Below are positions 1 to 8,229 of a stretch of DNA of 64,000 nt, one piece after another. Position 1 is the first letter of the stretch; every line of letters starts with the position of its first letter. The notes beneath the pieces are model-generated. The model worked only from the letters and a program-made list of their open reading frames with translations. It was not told the origin of the DNA and did not search any database. This DNA comes from Alphaproteobacteria bacterium (lineage in GTDB: Bacteria > Pseudomonadota > Alphaproteobacteria > UBA9219 > RFNS01): the NCBI GenBank assembly GCA_037200005.1, contig JBBCGY010000002.1:460667-524666 (forward strand). The letters run 5' to 3'. The position numbers and the translations under genes are program-made.

Positions 1-149
1 TGGCATAGCCTTGCGCGATGCCTATGCAGTGCCACGCGAATACCGATAATGCGAGAAAAACTCTGGCAAAATCAAAACCCGGACCAACGCCTTTGTGACT
101 GTCCAGAATGGACCCAAAAGATCGCACGCGTCGTCTCCAACAAAAAAAG

Positions 150-180
150 GGCTGAACCAGACGGTTCAGCCCTTTCTTGT
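150..180 (-). terminator. Rho-independent terminator downstream of the PsiF-like gene
   Basis: Inverted repeat GGGCTGAACC-GTCT-GGTTCAGCCC followed by a T-run on the minus strand immediately 3' of the CDS end at 209. Confidence 0.5.
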
Positions 181-208
181 TATCAAGATTCTTTCGAGGA
201 ATCCGCTT

Positions 209-586
209 TTATTCGTTCGTTGCCGGGGCTGCGGGGGCGTCCATGGCCGGAGCGGGCGCGACGGCGGGTTTTTCCATCATGGCGGGAGCCGGGGAGGCGG
301 GCATCATCTTCGCCGCCGCTGGGGCCATCATGCCGGATTGATAGCTGCCGGGCTTATAGTTCTTCTTGAGGCATGTGCCGATAAACTTGCGATATTCCGG
401 CTTCGCGATCTTTTTTTCATGATATTCCGCGACGCAGGCTTTCATTTTGCCCGCCTGAGCGGAAACCGGCTTGACGGACGGCGCTTTGGGAGCCGAGGGG
501 GCCATCGGATCGGCGGCAAAGGCCGGCATGGCAAAAATGGCGGCCAACGCGGCTACGGCGAGGATTTTTTTCAAGGGATTCTCCAT
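209..586 (-). CDS. PsiF-repeat (phosphate-starvation-inducible-like) periplasmic protein
   Basis: Signal peptide MENPLKKILAVAALAAIFAMPAFAA. PsiF-type motif KMKACVAEYHEKKIAKPEYRKFIGTCLKK (C...ey..F...CLKK). A/P/M-rich low-complexity tail. ATG at 586 chosen over the ORF-track start at 637. Confidence 0.55.
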   Translation of the reverse strand: MENPLKKILAVAALAAIFAMPAFAADPMAPSAPKAPSVKPVSAQAGKMKACVAEYHEKKIAKPEYRKFIGTCLKKNYKPGSYQSGMMAPAAAKMMPASPAPAMMEKPAVAPAPAMDAPAAPATNE

Positions 587-864
587 GGTGGGGTGGGGGA
601 TGTCGGGAAAATTGGCGGGGACGAGGGCGATAAGCAACTTACGGTGGCGAATACGATGAAATTAATCTCTTGTCAACCATTGCAAATCTGGCCATATTCG
701 GCTCATTCAGAAGATAAATGAGTCGAGACGCGCAAGTGTCCGGCAAATTAGTTCTAAATAAAAACCATTTTATTTCATAGGGTTAGGGCAGTTATTTTTA
801 ACTGTGGATTAAGCTTGGTTGTGGTAAGGTCGTAAAGCTTTTATCAAGGAAATGGTGGTGTCCT

Positions 865-1104
865 ATGACGTTTTCACCAGCAATGCAATTGGCGCAAGAC
901 GCCGTCGAGAGTGGCGCGACTTATTGTTCGGCCCATGGCGCGGTTGTCGAAAAAGCCGAAGTTCTAAGCGTCGGCAGCGATCGCGTCGGCATTCCTCATG
1001 TGCGTTTCCAGCTTGAAGTCAAACGCGGCTGCAACACGCCGACGGTTGAGCAGCGTACGCTCGCTCTGTCGAGCTTCCGCGCGCGTTATCGCGACCGCCT
1101 TTAA
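865..1104 (+). CDS. hypothetical protein (79 aa)
   Basis: Intact ORF in an intergenic gap after an AT-rich promoter-like region at 720-860. No recognisable motif. Confidence 0.3.
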   Translation: MTFSPAMQLAQDAVESGATYCSAHGAVVEKAEVLSVGSDRVGIPHVRFQLEVKRGCNTPTVEQRTLALSSFRARYRDRL

Positions 1105-1129
1105 AACGCGTCATTTCTCTTTCTAGAGA

Positions 1130-1819
1130 TTACGGCAGCGCTGAAACCAGATTCTGCGCGGCTTGAGAATTCGTCGCGGTGAAGCTGCGATCGATCACGA
1201 TGCCGCGCGCCGTGGCCGCGTCGCCATAGACCAGCTTATTCCAGCTGTCGCGCGGCTCGATCCATGAGCCGTCGAGCGAAATTCCGGCGTAAAGCCCCGC
1301 GGTCTTGGCGAAGGTATACATGTCGGCATTGATCCCCACGCCGGTCGCGGCGTTGTAGCCTTTGCCCAGTTCGCCCGCGGCGACGCTGGCGTCGGCGCCG
1401 AGCGTCACGCGCCGGTCGATGACCGCGTTAAGCCCGCGCTCCGTCATGATGACGATGATGATTTCCTGTTCCTGGACGCCGGCCTGCAAGCCCCAATTGA
1501 CGCCGCCGAGCGTGTAGAAGGCGGGCTGGCTCCAGCCGCCGCTGCCCGAGGCGTCGCGCGTGAGCAGGACGCCATTGCCGGTGCGCGCTCCCCAGATGAA
1601 GCTCGCGCGCAGCATGCTGGGAACGATCAGAACCCCGCGCGCGCGGTTGGTCAGGTTGAGCAAGGTCGCGTATTCGGGATTGCTGTACATCGCCTTGGCC
1701 GTGGCCGCCGCGTTGTCGATCAATTTCTCAGGCTCGTTCTGCAAGCCTTCGGGGCCGTGGCAGGCGCTCACGCCGAACGTCACGGTAAGCAGCAGCGCAA
1801 TCAGGCGAATCATGTTCAT
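1130..1819 (-). CDS. SYLF/Ysc84-like (DUF500) lipid-binding periplasmic protein
   Basis: Signal peptide MNMIRLIALLLTVTFGVSA. The SYLF-domain assignment is by overall sequence similarity of the ~200-aa mature region to that family. GGAGGA RBS 9 nt upstream of ATG 1819. Confidence 0.6.
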   Translation of the reverse strand: MNMIRLIALLLTVTFGVSACHGPEGLQNEPEKLIDNAAATAKAMYSNPEYATLLNLTNRARGVLIVPSMLRASFIWGARTGNGVLLTRDASGSGGWSQPAFYTLGGVNWGLQAGVQEQEIIIVIMTERGLNAVIDRRVTLGADASVAAGELGKGYNAATGVGINADMYTFAKTAGLYAGISLDGSWIEPRDSWNKLVYGDAATARGIVIDRSFTATNSQAAQNLVSALP

Positions 1820-1980
1820 AGGTCGTTCCTCCACAGACTCCCGGATATGCCGAGTGGGGGAGGATGTCAAATATGATTATCGCCGCGCCTATCTTTCTGC
1901 CCCGATATTGACGCATTCGTATATTCTATTGCGTTCGCTAGGCTCATGATCAACCGCTTCGTGCTCCAAAGGATGCCGCC

Positions 1981-2727
1981 ATGAAAATCGATGAGATCGC
2001 CAAGACCTTATCCATGCCAGCTTTCAGCCCGAGCTACCCCGCCGGGCCTTATCACTTCAAGCAGCGCGAATATCTGATCGTTTCTTACGAGACCGATCCG
2101 GAGGCCGTGCGCGCCGCGCTGCCCGAGCCGCTGGAGCCTGCGGGCGCGGGCAATCTATGCTTCTACGAATGGATGAAGATGCCCGACAGTTCGGGCTTCG
2201 GCAGTTATGAGGAAAGCGGCAGCGGCATTCTCGCGACGTTTAAGGGCGAGCCGTGCAATTTTTCGGTGCAGATGTATCTGAACGATGAGCCGCCGATCAC
2301 CGCGGGCCGCGAAATCTGGGGGTTTCCGAAAAAATGGGGCGAGCCGAAACTGCGCGTGACCAAGGACACGCTGACCGGCACCTTGCATTACGACGGCATC
2401 CCCGTCGCCATCGGCACGATGGGCTATAAGCATGTCAGCCTGGAGTCTCATCTGCCCGACGTCAAGAAGGGCCTCGAGAAGCTCAACGTCAATCTCAAGC
2501 TCATTCCCGACGTGGACGGCAAGCCGAAGATCGCGCAGCTGGTCGGCTATAATCTGGAAAATGTCGTCGTGCATGGCGCGTGGGAAGGCCCGGCATGCCT
2601 GGAGCTATTCCATCATGTGAATTGCCGCGTGGCGGGACTGCCGGTGCGCAAAATCCTCGGCGGCAGGCATCAGGTCGTCGATTTCACGCTGCCCTACGGG
2701 CGGGTTCTGCATGATTATTTGGGGTGA
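1981..2727 (+). CDS. adc: acetoacetate decarboxylase (ADC) family protein
   Basis: 248 aa. N-terminus MKIDEIAK...PAFSPSYPAGPYHFKQREYLIVSYETDPEAVRAALPEPLEP and REIWGFPKKWGEP are typical of acetoacetate decarboxylase. Confidence 0.8.
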   Translation: MKIDEIAKTLSMPAFSPSYPAGPYHFKQREYLIVSYETDPEAVRAALPEPLEPAGAGNLCFYEWMKMPDSSGFGSYEESGSGILATFKGEPCNFSVQMYLNDEPPITAGREIWGFPKKWGEPKLRVTKDTLTGTLHYDGIPVAIGTMGYKHVSLESHLPDVKKGLEKLNVNLKLIPDVDGKPKIAQLVGYNLENVVVHGAWEGPACLELFHHVNCRVAGLPVRKILGGRHQVVDFTLPYGRVLHDYLG

Positions 2728-2762
2728 GATCGGAATGAGGACGCCGACGCGAACCTCGCCAA

Positions 2763-3623
2763 TCAATCCCCAACATCGATCGACTGTCCCGCCACCAGGG
2801 CGCAGATCATGGCGATTTCGGCGACTTGCTGCAGGGTGCCGAGCATCGGGCCGTTATAGCCGCCGAACAGCTTGTTGCCGATGACGATGGCGATGGCCGC
2901 CGCCGCCGAACTGACGAGGATAGCCAGCCCGCCGGAACTGCCCATGACGGCGAATACGATGGCCGCGCCGAGGGCGAGCGCGATCAGCACGCGGTTGAGC
3001 GGCGGCTGGCCGAAATGGGCGGACACGGGATCGTGGGGCAGGGGCTTCATCCAGGCCGCGCCGATCGACATCAAGGCATGCGACCAGGCGCTGCTGGCGA
3101 TCAGCGTCGCGAAAACCAGTTCGATGCTGTTCAGGCTGGAGATCGCGCCGACTCGCAGCAGGATCACGAAAACCATCGCGATGGTGCCGTAGCGGACGGA
3201 GCGTTCTTCCTTCAGCCAGCCGACGCGGCGCGTCTTGTCGCCGAGATCGCCATACTGATTGGCGAGCGAGGCCAGCTCTTCCTCATGCAGCCCGCGCGTC
3301 AGCCACATCATGCCGAGCACGGCCAACGCAGATGTCACCGTCACCGGCAGGCGCAGGATGGCGATGGCAAAGCCGTCGATGCCCGCGCCGAACGCGCCGA
3401 TGAGGGCGCCGATCAGCGGAAACCACGCCATCGAGCCGCCGATTTGCATCTGATCCGGCAGGCCGCGCAAGGGCACTCTGATGCGCGTGAGGTATTTGGC
3501 GGCGATAATCAGTTCGCGCCACCAGTCGTTGCGCCATTGGCTCGCCAAGGCCCTCGGCGCGGCCGGAGCAGCGTTTTCTACGGCGGGCTTGCCCGGTTCT
3601 TGCGGTGATTCCTGATCGGTCAT
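2763..3623 (-). CDS. cobS: adenosylcobinamide-GDP ribazoletransferase (CobS/CobV family) polytopic membrane protein
   Basis: Multi-TM protein with LTRIRVPL near the N-terminus and a GLHEEELASL...DLGD segment resembling the CobS LTRLPV / HLDGLAD motifs. ATG at 3623 chosen; the ORF track shows a GTG extension to 3683. Confidence 0.5.
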   Translation of the reverse strand: MTDQESPQEPGKPAVENAAPAAPRALASQWRNDWWRELIIAAKYLTRIRVPLRGLPDQMQIGGSMAWFPLIGALIGAFGAGIDGFAIAILRLPVTVTSALAVLGMMWLTRGLHEEELASLANQYGDLGDKTRRVGWLKEERSVRYGTIAMVFVILLRVGAISSLNSIELVFATLIASSAWSHALMSIGAAWMKPLPHDPVSAHFGQPPLNRVLIALALGAAIVFAVMGSSGGLAILVSSAAAAIAIVIGNKLFGGYNGPMLGTLQQVAEIAMICALVAGQSIDVGD

Positions 3624-3720
3624 GGGATGGTAGGGAGGGGGCTTGCAAAAGCTTAGTTGAAAAGAGCGGGATGCTTGCCGCACCCCGCTCTTCCGGAGGA
3701 ATTTATTGCTTGGATAGAAT

Positions 3721-4245
3721 TTAGGCGGCCTTTTTCATTCTTTCCTTGATCATGACCGCTTCGATCTTCTCGGCGGCCTTGGCTTGATCGATCTTCTCCA
3801 CCGCCGCGAGTTCGCGGGCGAGGCGTTCGAGAGCCGCCTGATAGATTTGGCGCTCGCTGTAGCTCTGCTCCGGCTGGTCGCTGCCGCGATGCAAATCGCG
3901 CACCACTTCGGCAATGGATACCGGATCGCCGGAGTTGATCTTGGTCTCGTATTCCTGGGCCCGGCGGCTCCACATGACGCGGCGGACTCGCGCGCGGCCC
4001 TGCAGGGTCGTGACGGCGTCCTTGATCCTGTCCTTGGAGCTCAGGCGGCGCAGACCGGCGGTCTTGGCTTTCATCACCGGAACTTTAAGCCGCATCCGGT
4101 CCTGTTCGAACATGATGGAATATAAAGTAACGCTGCTGCCCGAGACGGCGAAGCTTTCAATGCCCTCAACCCGTCCCACGCCATGAACCGGATATACTAC
4201 AAAATCGCCTTTTTTGAATTCCAGCTTCTCAACCTTATCCGCCAT
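3721..4245 (-). CDS. cdnL: CarD/CdnL family transcriptional regulator
   Basis: MADKVEKLEFKKGDFVVYPVHGVGRVEGIE is the canonical CarD N-terminal RNAP-interaction domain. AGGGAG RBS upstream of ATG 4245. Confidence 0.85.
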   Translation of the reverse strand: MADKVEKLEFKKGDFVVYPVHGVGRVEGIESFAVSGSSVTLYSIMFEQDRMRLKVPVMKAKTAGLRRLSSKDRIKDAVTTLQGRARVRRVMWSRRAQEYETKINSGDPVSIAEVVRDLHRGSDQPEQSYSERQIYQAALERLARELAAVEKIDQAKAAEKIEAVMIKERMKKAA

Positions 4246-4573
4246 CACGTACTCCCTTTCTCGCCCTAAACGGGCTTACTTTGGTTATCGTCAATGACCT
4301 AACCTCAGGCGTTCGATAAAAGACCGGACTATGGAATTCGCCAGAATTCCATACTGGCCCGGTTCATTTACGGAAGCTACCTTGGGCAGCCAGCTTTGGT
4401 TAATATTACCGCGCAATTGATTGAAATTTTCTTTCAAACGGTAACAATTCCAAATCTTGACCGACAATAACACGAATCAGCGTTTTTGACAAAACTTTCC
4501 ATGGGTTAAAATGATTTCATAAAGCGGCTTTCGTGCCTTTATTTTGCCATCATGGTAAATATTTATGGTTAAA

Positions 4574-4903
4574 TTAACCGCTTTTCTCACTGAAATACTT
4601 GGCGAATTTATCCGGCACGCCCTTCCATTGGTCCGCGTCTTCGGGGGCGGGCTTCTTTTTGCTGATGTTGGCCCACTGATTTGCATACTCCCGGTTGATC
4701 TCAAGCCACTTAGCTGCAACCTCGTTAGTGTCGGAGACAATGGCCTCGGCGGGACATTCAGGTTCGCATACGCCGCAATCGATGCACTCGTCCGGATGGA
4801 TGACGAGCATGTTCTCGCCCTCATAGAAACAATCGACCGGGCACACTTCGACGCAGTCCATATATTTGCAGCGGATGCAGGATTCGGTAACGACATAAGG
4901 CAT
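4574..4903 (-). CDS. fdxA: 7Fe (3Fe-4S + 4Fe-4S) ferredoxin, Azotobacter FdxA type
   Basis: [55 protein letters not shown] cysteine pattern of FdxA. Confidence 0.85.
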   Translation of the reverse strand: MPYVVTESCIRCKYMDCVEVCPVDCFYEGENMLVIHPDECIDCGVCEPECPAEAIVSDTNEVAAKWLEINREYANQWANISKKKPAPEDADQWKGVPDKFAKYFSEKSG

Positions 4904-5024
4904 GGATGAGACTCCTCAAGGCGGAAATCACCATGTAATGCCTATGCTTCTTAAAGGCAAGGGGTTGGATAATCGCGATCCGCCCTCTATGATGGACTCG
5001 GTTGCAGCCGTAAGGAGACGAAGA

Positions 5025-5450
5025 ATGGTTTCCAGCCTGGAAAAAGTGTGCGTCCAAAAAGGACTTAAGATGACCGAGCAGCGCCGGACCATCAGCCGCG
5101 TGCTGTCCGAAGCCCACGATCATCCCGATGTCGAGGAAGTCTATCGCCGCGCCGCCGCGCTCGACCCCAAGATCAGCATCGCCACGGTCTATCGCACCAT
5201 GCGCCTGCTGGAAGAGGCCAGCGTCATCGAACGGCTCGATTTCGGCGATGGCCGCGCCCGCTATGAAGAATCCCGCGACGAGCACCACCATCACCTGATC
5301 GACCTAAACAGCGGCGAAGTCATCGAATTCAAGAACGACGAGTTGGAACAGCTCAAGAAGAAAATCGCCGCCGATCTCGGCTATGAATTGGTCGGCCATC
5401 GCCTTGAGCTGTATGGCGTGAAAAAAGGCGCTCGCCCGTCGCGCAAATGA
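5025..5450 (+). CDS. irr: Fur-family regulator, Irr-like (iron response regulator)
   Basis: Fur-family fold (TEQRRTISRVL...ATVYRTMRLL) with an HHHH motif (DEHHHHLIDL) and no C-terminal CxxC pairs, as in Irr. AAGGAG RBS 8 nt upstream of ATG 5025. The track ORF extends to 4902, but that region is the fdxA-irr intergenic. Confidence 0.65.
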   Translation: MVSSLEKVCVQKGLKMTEQRRTISRVLSEAHDHPDVEEVYRRAAALDPKISIATVYRTMRLLEEASVIERLDFGDGRARYEESRDEHHHHLIDLNSGEVIEFKNDELEQLKKKIAADLGYELVGHRLELYGVKKGARPSRK

Positions 5451-5683
5451 TGACCAAAATCGCCAAGCTTCAGGATTATCACGACGCGCTCGACATATGC
5501 GCGGGCGATTGCTGCATGAGCGCGGTGCGGCGCGCCTATGCCGAATTATGCGATACGGGAGCGGCGGATACGGCGGCGTTCGACGTGGCGCTGACGGTTT
5601 TCAAGTGGCATCACCCCGAAACCAATCTGACGGACGCGGCGACCATCGTGCGCGGCTGGGTGCGGCAGGGCGCGGAGCATTAA
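5447..5683 (+). CDS. small Cys-containing hypothetical protein (78 aa), translationally coupled to irr
   Basis: ATGA overlap with the irr stop (ATG 5447-5449 / TGA 5448-5450). Sequence ...DICAGDCCMSAVRRAYAELCDTG... has 5 Cys. No known domain. Confidence 0.4.
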   Translation: MMTKIAKLQDYHDALDICAGDCCMSAVRRAYAELCDTGAADTAAFDVALTVFKWHHPETNLTDAATIVRGWVRQGAEH

Positions 5684-5695
5684 ACTGCCTGCTAT

Positions 5696-6028
5696 TTAAG
5701 ACGCAAACATCACCTGCTGATACGGCTCGCCTTTGTGATGGCGGCTGACGCGGATGGTGATTTTCTGTTCGAGCCGCTTGAGGAACGCGAATAACCGGCC
5801 TTCGGCGAACAAGTGATATTGGCCGTTCATCAGTTTCGACACTTCGGCCTGGTCGATGTCCAGCAGCGCGGCGGCTTCGCGCTGTTTCAGTTTTCTGTCC
5901 TTGAGGATCATGCGGACGGTATGGCCGAGCTGCGCGCGCGTCATAAGCTCGTCGGCATCGTCCAGGCCAAGATCAGCGAAGACATTGCCGCTGCCGATTT
6001 CGTATTCCGGGGTTTTTTTCCTGCTCAT
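5696..6028 (-). CDS. higA: HigA-like antitoxin (XRE-family HTH)
   Basis: HTH_XRE core LKQREAAALLDIDQAEVSKLMNG. 110 aa. Stop overlaps the upstream toxin gene. Confidence 0.6.
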   Translation of the reverse strand: MSRKKTPEYEIGSGNVFADLGLDDADELMTRAQLGHTVRMILKDRKLKQREAAALLDIDQAEVSKLMNGQYHLFAEGRLFAFLKRLEQKITIRVSRHHKGEPYQQVMFAS

Positions 6029-6378
6029 GATTCCTTCTCCATCGTAACGGCCTGTCTGTAGCGTTGTCCGATCAAATGCACATCCTGTTTCGGGGTCGAA
6101 ATCCCTGCCTTCGATTTTTTCTGGAAGGCGTGGAGAACGTATATCTGTTTGCCGATCTGCACCGCATATACCGTCCGATACGCGTTCGTATCAAATCGCA
6201 CGGCAATCTCGAATATGCCGCTGCCGATTCCCTTAAAAGGCTTTGCCGTGGGTGCTTTCTGTCCTTTCTGAGCGTCGTACAATGCCGCGCCGATACTTTT
6301 CCGAACTTCCGGCGGAAAGTTTTGCACCTGCTTCTTTGAATCGCCCAGCCATGTGACCGGCCTGATGTCTTCACTCAA
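6025..6378 (-). CDS. higB: RelE/ParE-superfamily toxin, HigB/Gp49-like (PF05973-like)
   Basis: GIGSGIFEIAVRFDTNAYRTVYAVQIGKQIYVLHAFQKKSKAGISTPKQDVHLI matches the phage Gp49/HigB toxin core (ElR...R.ly...g..ivlLhaf.KK). TTG start at 6378 sits after a GGGG RBS and a sigma70 promoter. The ORF track's ATG at 6456 would place the start inside that promoter. Confidence 0.55.
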   Translation of the reverse strand: MSEDIRPVTWLGDSKKQVQNFPPEVRKSIGAALYDAQKGQKAPTAKPFKGIGSGIFEIAVRFDTNAYRTVYAVQIGKQIYVLHAFQKKSKAGISTPKQDVHLIGQRYRQAVTMEKES

Positions 6379-6389
6379 GCGCGAACCCC

Positions 6390-6417
6390 ATAATATGATA
6401 AAATACTCATAAATGCA
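6390..6417 (-). promoter_or_regulatory. sigma70-type promoter for higBA (TTGCAT-N16-TATTAT)
   Basis: Read on the minus strand: TTGCAT, 16-nt spacer, TATTAT, then GGGG RBS and TTG start. Confidence 0.4.
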
Positions 6418-6531
6418 ATAGTGCGATGAATTGCCAATGGCAAGCGCTATATGCATCGCACCATTGAATCTTTAACCAACCCTAACCATTTCTTAAAGAG
6501 TTCGGGCCAGATTCATGATGGAGGCTTCCCC

Positions 6532-7668
6532 ATGAAATCAGTCGTCATTGCCGGTTATCTGCGCTCGCCTTTCTGTTTCGCGACGAAGGGCGAGTTGGCG
6601 GAAGTTCGTCCCGATGACATGGCTGCGGCGGTCGTGCGCGCGCTGGTCGAGCGCAGCAAGATCAATCCCGCGCTGATCGAGGATTTGCAGATGGGCTGCG
6701 CCTTTCCCGAAGGCGAGCAAGGGCTGAATATCGCGCGCCTCGTCGTGCTGCTTGCGGATTTGCCGCAGAGCGTGGGCGGGGCGACGGTCAACAGATTTTG
6801 CGGTTCGTCGATGCAGGGGATTCACAACGCGGCGGGCGCGATCCAGCTTGGCGCGGGCGAAGTGTTCATCTGCGCGGGCGTCGAATCCATGACGAGAATT
6901 CCGATGTCGGGATTCAATCCGATGCCGAATTTCGATCTGATGGAGCGGCTGCCCGGCGCATACATGAGCATGGGGCAGACGGCGGAGAACGTCGCGCGCA
7001 AATATCAAATCACGCGCAAGGAACAGGAAGAATTCGCGCTGACCTCGCAGCAGAAGGCGGCGGCGGCGCAAGCCGCGGGAAAACTGGCGGACGAAATCAT
7101 CGCCATTACAGCCCCTGGGGGCGATGTAACGAAGGACGGCTGCATCCGCGCGGAAACGACGCTGGAAAAACTGGCTGGACTGAAGCTGGCCTTCGACGAG
7201 AACGGCACGGTCACGGCGGGAACGTCATCGCCGCTGACCGACGGCGCGGCGGCGGTTTTGGTGACGACAGAGGAATTCGCGCACACGCATAATCTGCCGA
7301 TCCTGGCGCGGATCAAATCCGTCGCGGTGGCGGGCTGCGATCCCGAGATCATGGGCATCGGCCCGGTCGCGGCGACGCAGAAAGCGCTGAAGCGCGCGGG
7401 GCTGACGGCCAAGGATTTGGACATCATCGAACTCAACGAAGCTTTCGCCAGCCAGTCCATCGCCTGCATTCGCGATCTCGGCCTGGATCAAGGCAAGATC
7501 AATATCGACGGCGGCGCGATCGCCATTGGGCATCCGCTGGGGGCCACCGGCGCGCGCATCACCGGCAAGGCCGCCATGCTGCTCAAGCGCGAAGGCAAGC
7601 AATTCGCCCTCGCCACGCAATGCATTGGTGGCGGGCAGGGGATCGCGACGGTGCTGGAGGCGGTATGA
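6532..7668 (+). CDS. fadA: acetyl-CoA C-acyltransferase (3-ketoacyl-CoA thiolase)
   Basis: [14 protein letters not shown]...NRFCGSSMQ...[11 protein letters not shown]...CIGGGQGIA thiolase signatures. GGAGG RBS. Confidence 0.9.
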   Translation: MKSVVIAGYLRSPFCFATKGELAEVRPDDMAAAVVRALVERSKINPALIEDLQMGCAFPEGEQGLNIARLVVLLADLPQSVGGATVNRFCGSSMQGIHNAAGAIQLGAGEVFICAGVESMTRIPMSGFNPMPNFDLMERLPGAYMSMGQTAENVARKYQITRKEQEEFALTSQQKAAAAQAAGKLADEIIAITAPGGDVTKDGCIRAETTLEKLAGLKLAFDENGTVTAGTSSPLTDGAAAVLVTTEEFAHTHNLPILARIKSVAVAGCDPEIMGIGPVAATQKALKRAGLTAKDLDIIELNEAFASQSIACIRDLGLDQGKINIDGGAIAIGHPLGATGARITGKAAMLLKREGKQFALATQCIGGGQGIATVLEAV

Positions 7669-8213
7669 GCGGCGTTCCCGAAAGAGAAGCCGATGACGAC
7701 ATAAAGGCGGCTTTCATGCAGCTTGTCGCCAAGAACGCCGAGGCCGCGCACGGAGCGGGCATGCCAAGCTTACTCAACGTCACGCTCAAGCAAAGCGATG
7801 CCAGCCCCTTTCTTCCTTCGGCGGAACGCGCCGCCGACATGAATTTTCCTCTTCCCTTTACCGGCGACCGTCCCGAAGTTCCGCATTTGATTGTCGAATT
7901 CGACATGAAGGATGAGAGTCAGAAGATGGAATGGCGCTTGCTCCATAAGGCTCTGTCGTCAAATCGTACGAAAGAATTAGGCGGCGTACTTCAAATTGAC
8001 GGCAAGCGAACTCGATGGGTGATTCCCATGGGCCATATGCGATACGATGGCAAAGCTTCCCGGCGTCAAAGGATATTGGACGCTCATAAAACAGAAAAAG
8101 AAGGCGTTTATGAGCCGACGCTTCTGGCGACGATCAGAAGCGCGATCGAACTTCCCAAAGTGCCGGGGGGAGGATCGACGCCTTTCACGCCGGCGGCACC
8201 GCTTCCCAATTAG
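7665..8213 (+). CDS. hypothetical protein embedded in the beta-oxidation operon (182 aa)
   Basis: ATG 7665 overlaps the thiolase stop (ATGA), with a GGAGG RBS. No recognisable domain. Confidence 0.4.
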   Translation: MSGVPEREADDDIKAAFMQLVAKNAEAAHGAGMPSLLNVTLKQSDASPFLPSAERAADMNFPLPFTGDRPEVPHLIVEFDMKDESQKMEWRLLHKALSSNRTKELGGVLQIDGKRTRWVIPMGHMRYDGKASRRQRILDAHKTEKEGVYEPTLLATIRSAIELPKVPGGGSTPFTPAAPLPN

Positions 8214-8229
8214 AATAGGCATCGCAATC

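Noticed and set aside
95-721. 208-aa plus-strand ORF overlapping the PsiF-like gene
   Set aside because: Gly/Arg/His-rich translation typical of an antisense frame in GC-rich DNA. It overlaps a gene with a clear signal peptide and family motif on the other strand.
2826-3608. 260-aa ORF antisense to the cobS-like gene
   Set aside because: Arg/Gly/Asp-rich low-complexity product; antisense artefact.
4904-5024. Search for an Irr-box (ICE, TTTAGAA-N3-TTCTAAA-like) in the fdxA-irr intergenic region
   Set aside because: No such palindrome is present in the 120-nt spacer.
8047-8229. Upstream extension of the HCDH ORF (ORF-track start at 8047)
   Set aside because: The extension overlaps the preceding gene and encodes R/K-rich junk. 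The conserved Rossmann N-terminus begins at ATG 8230.
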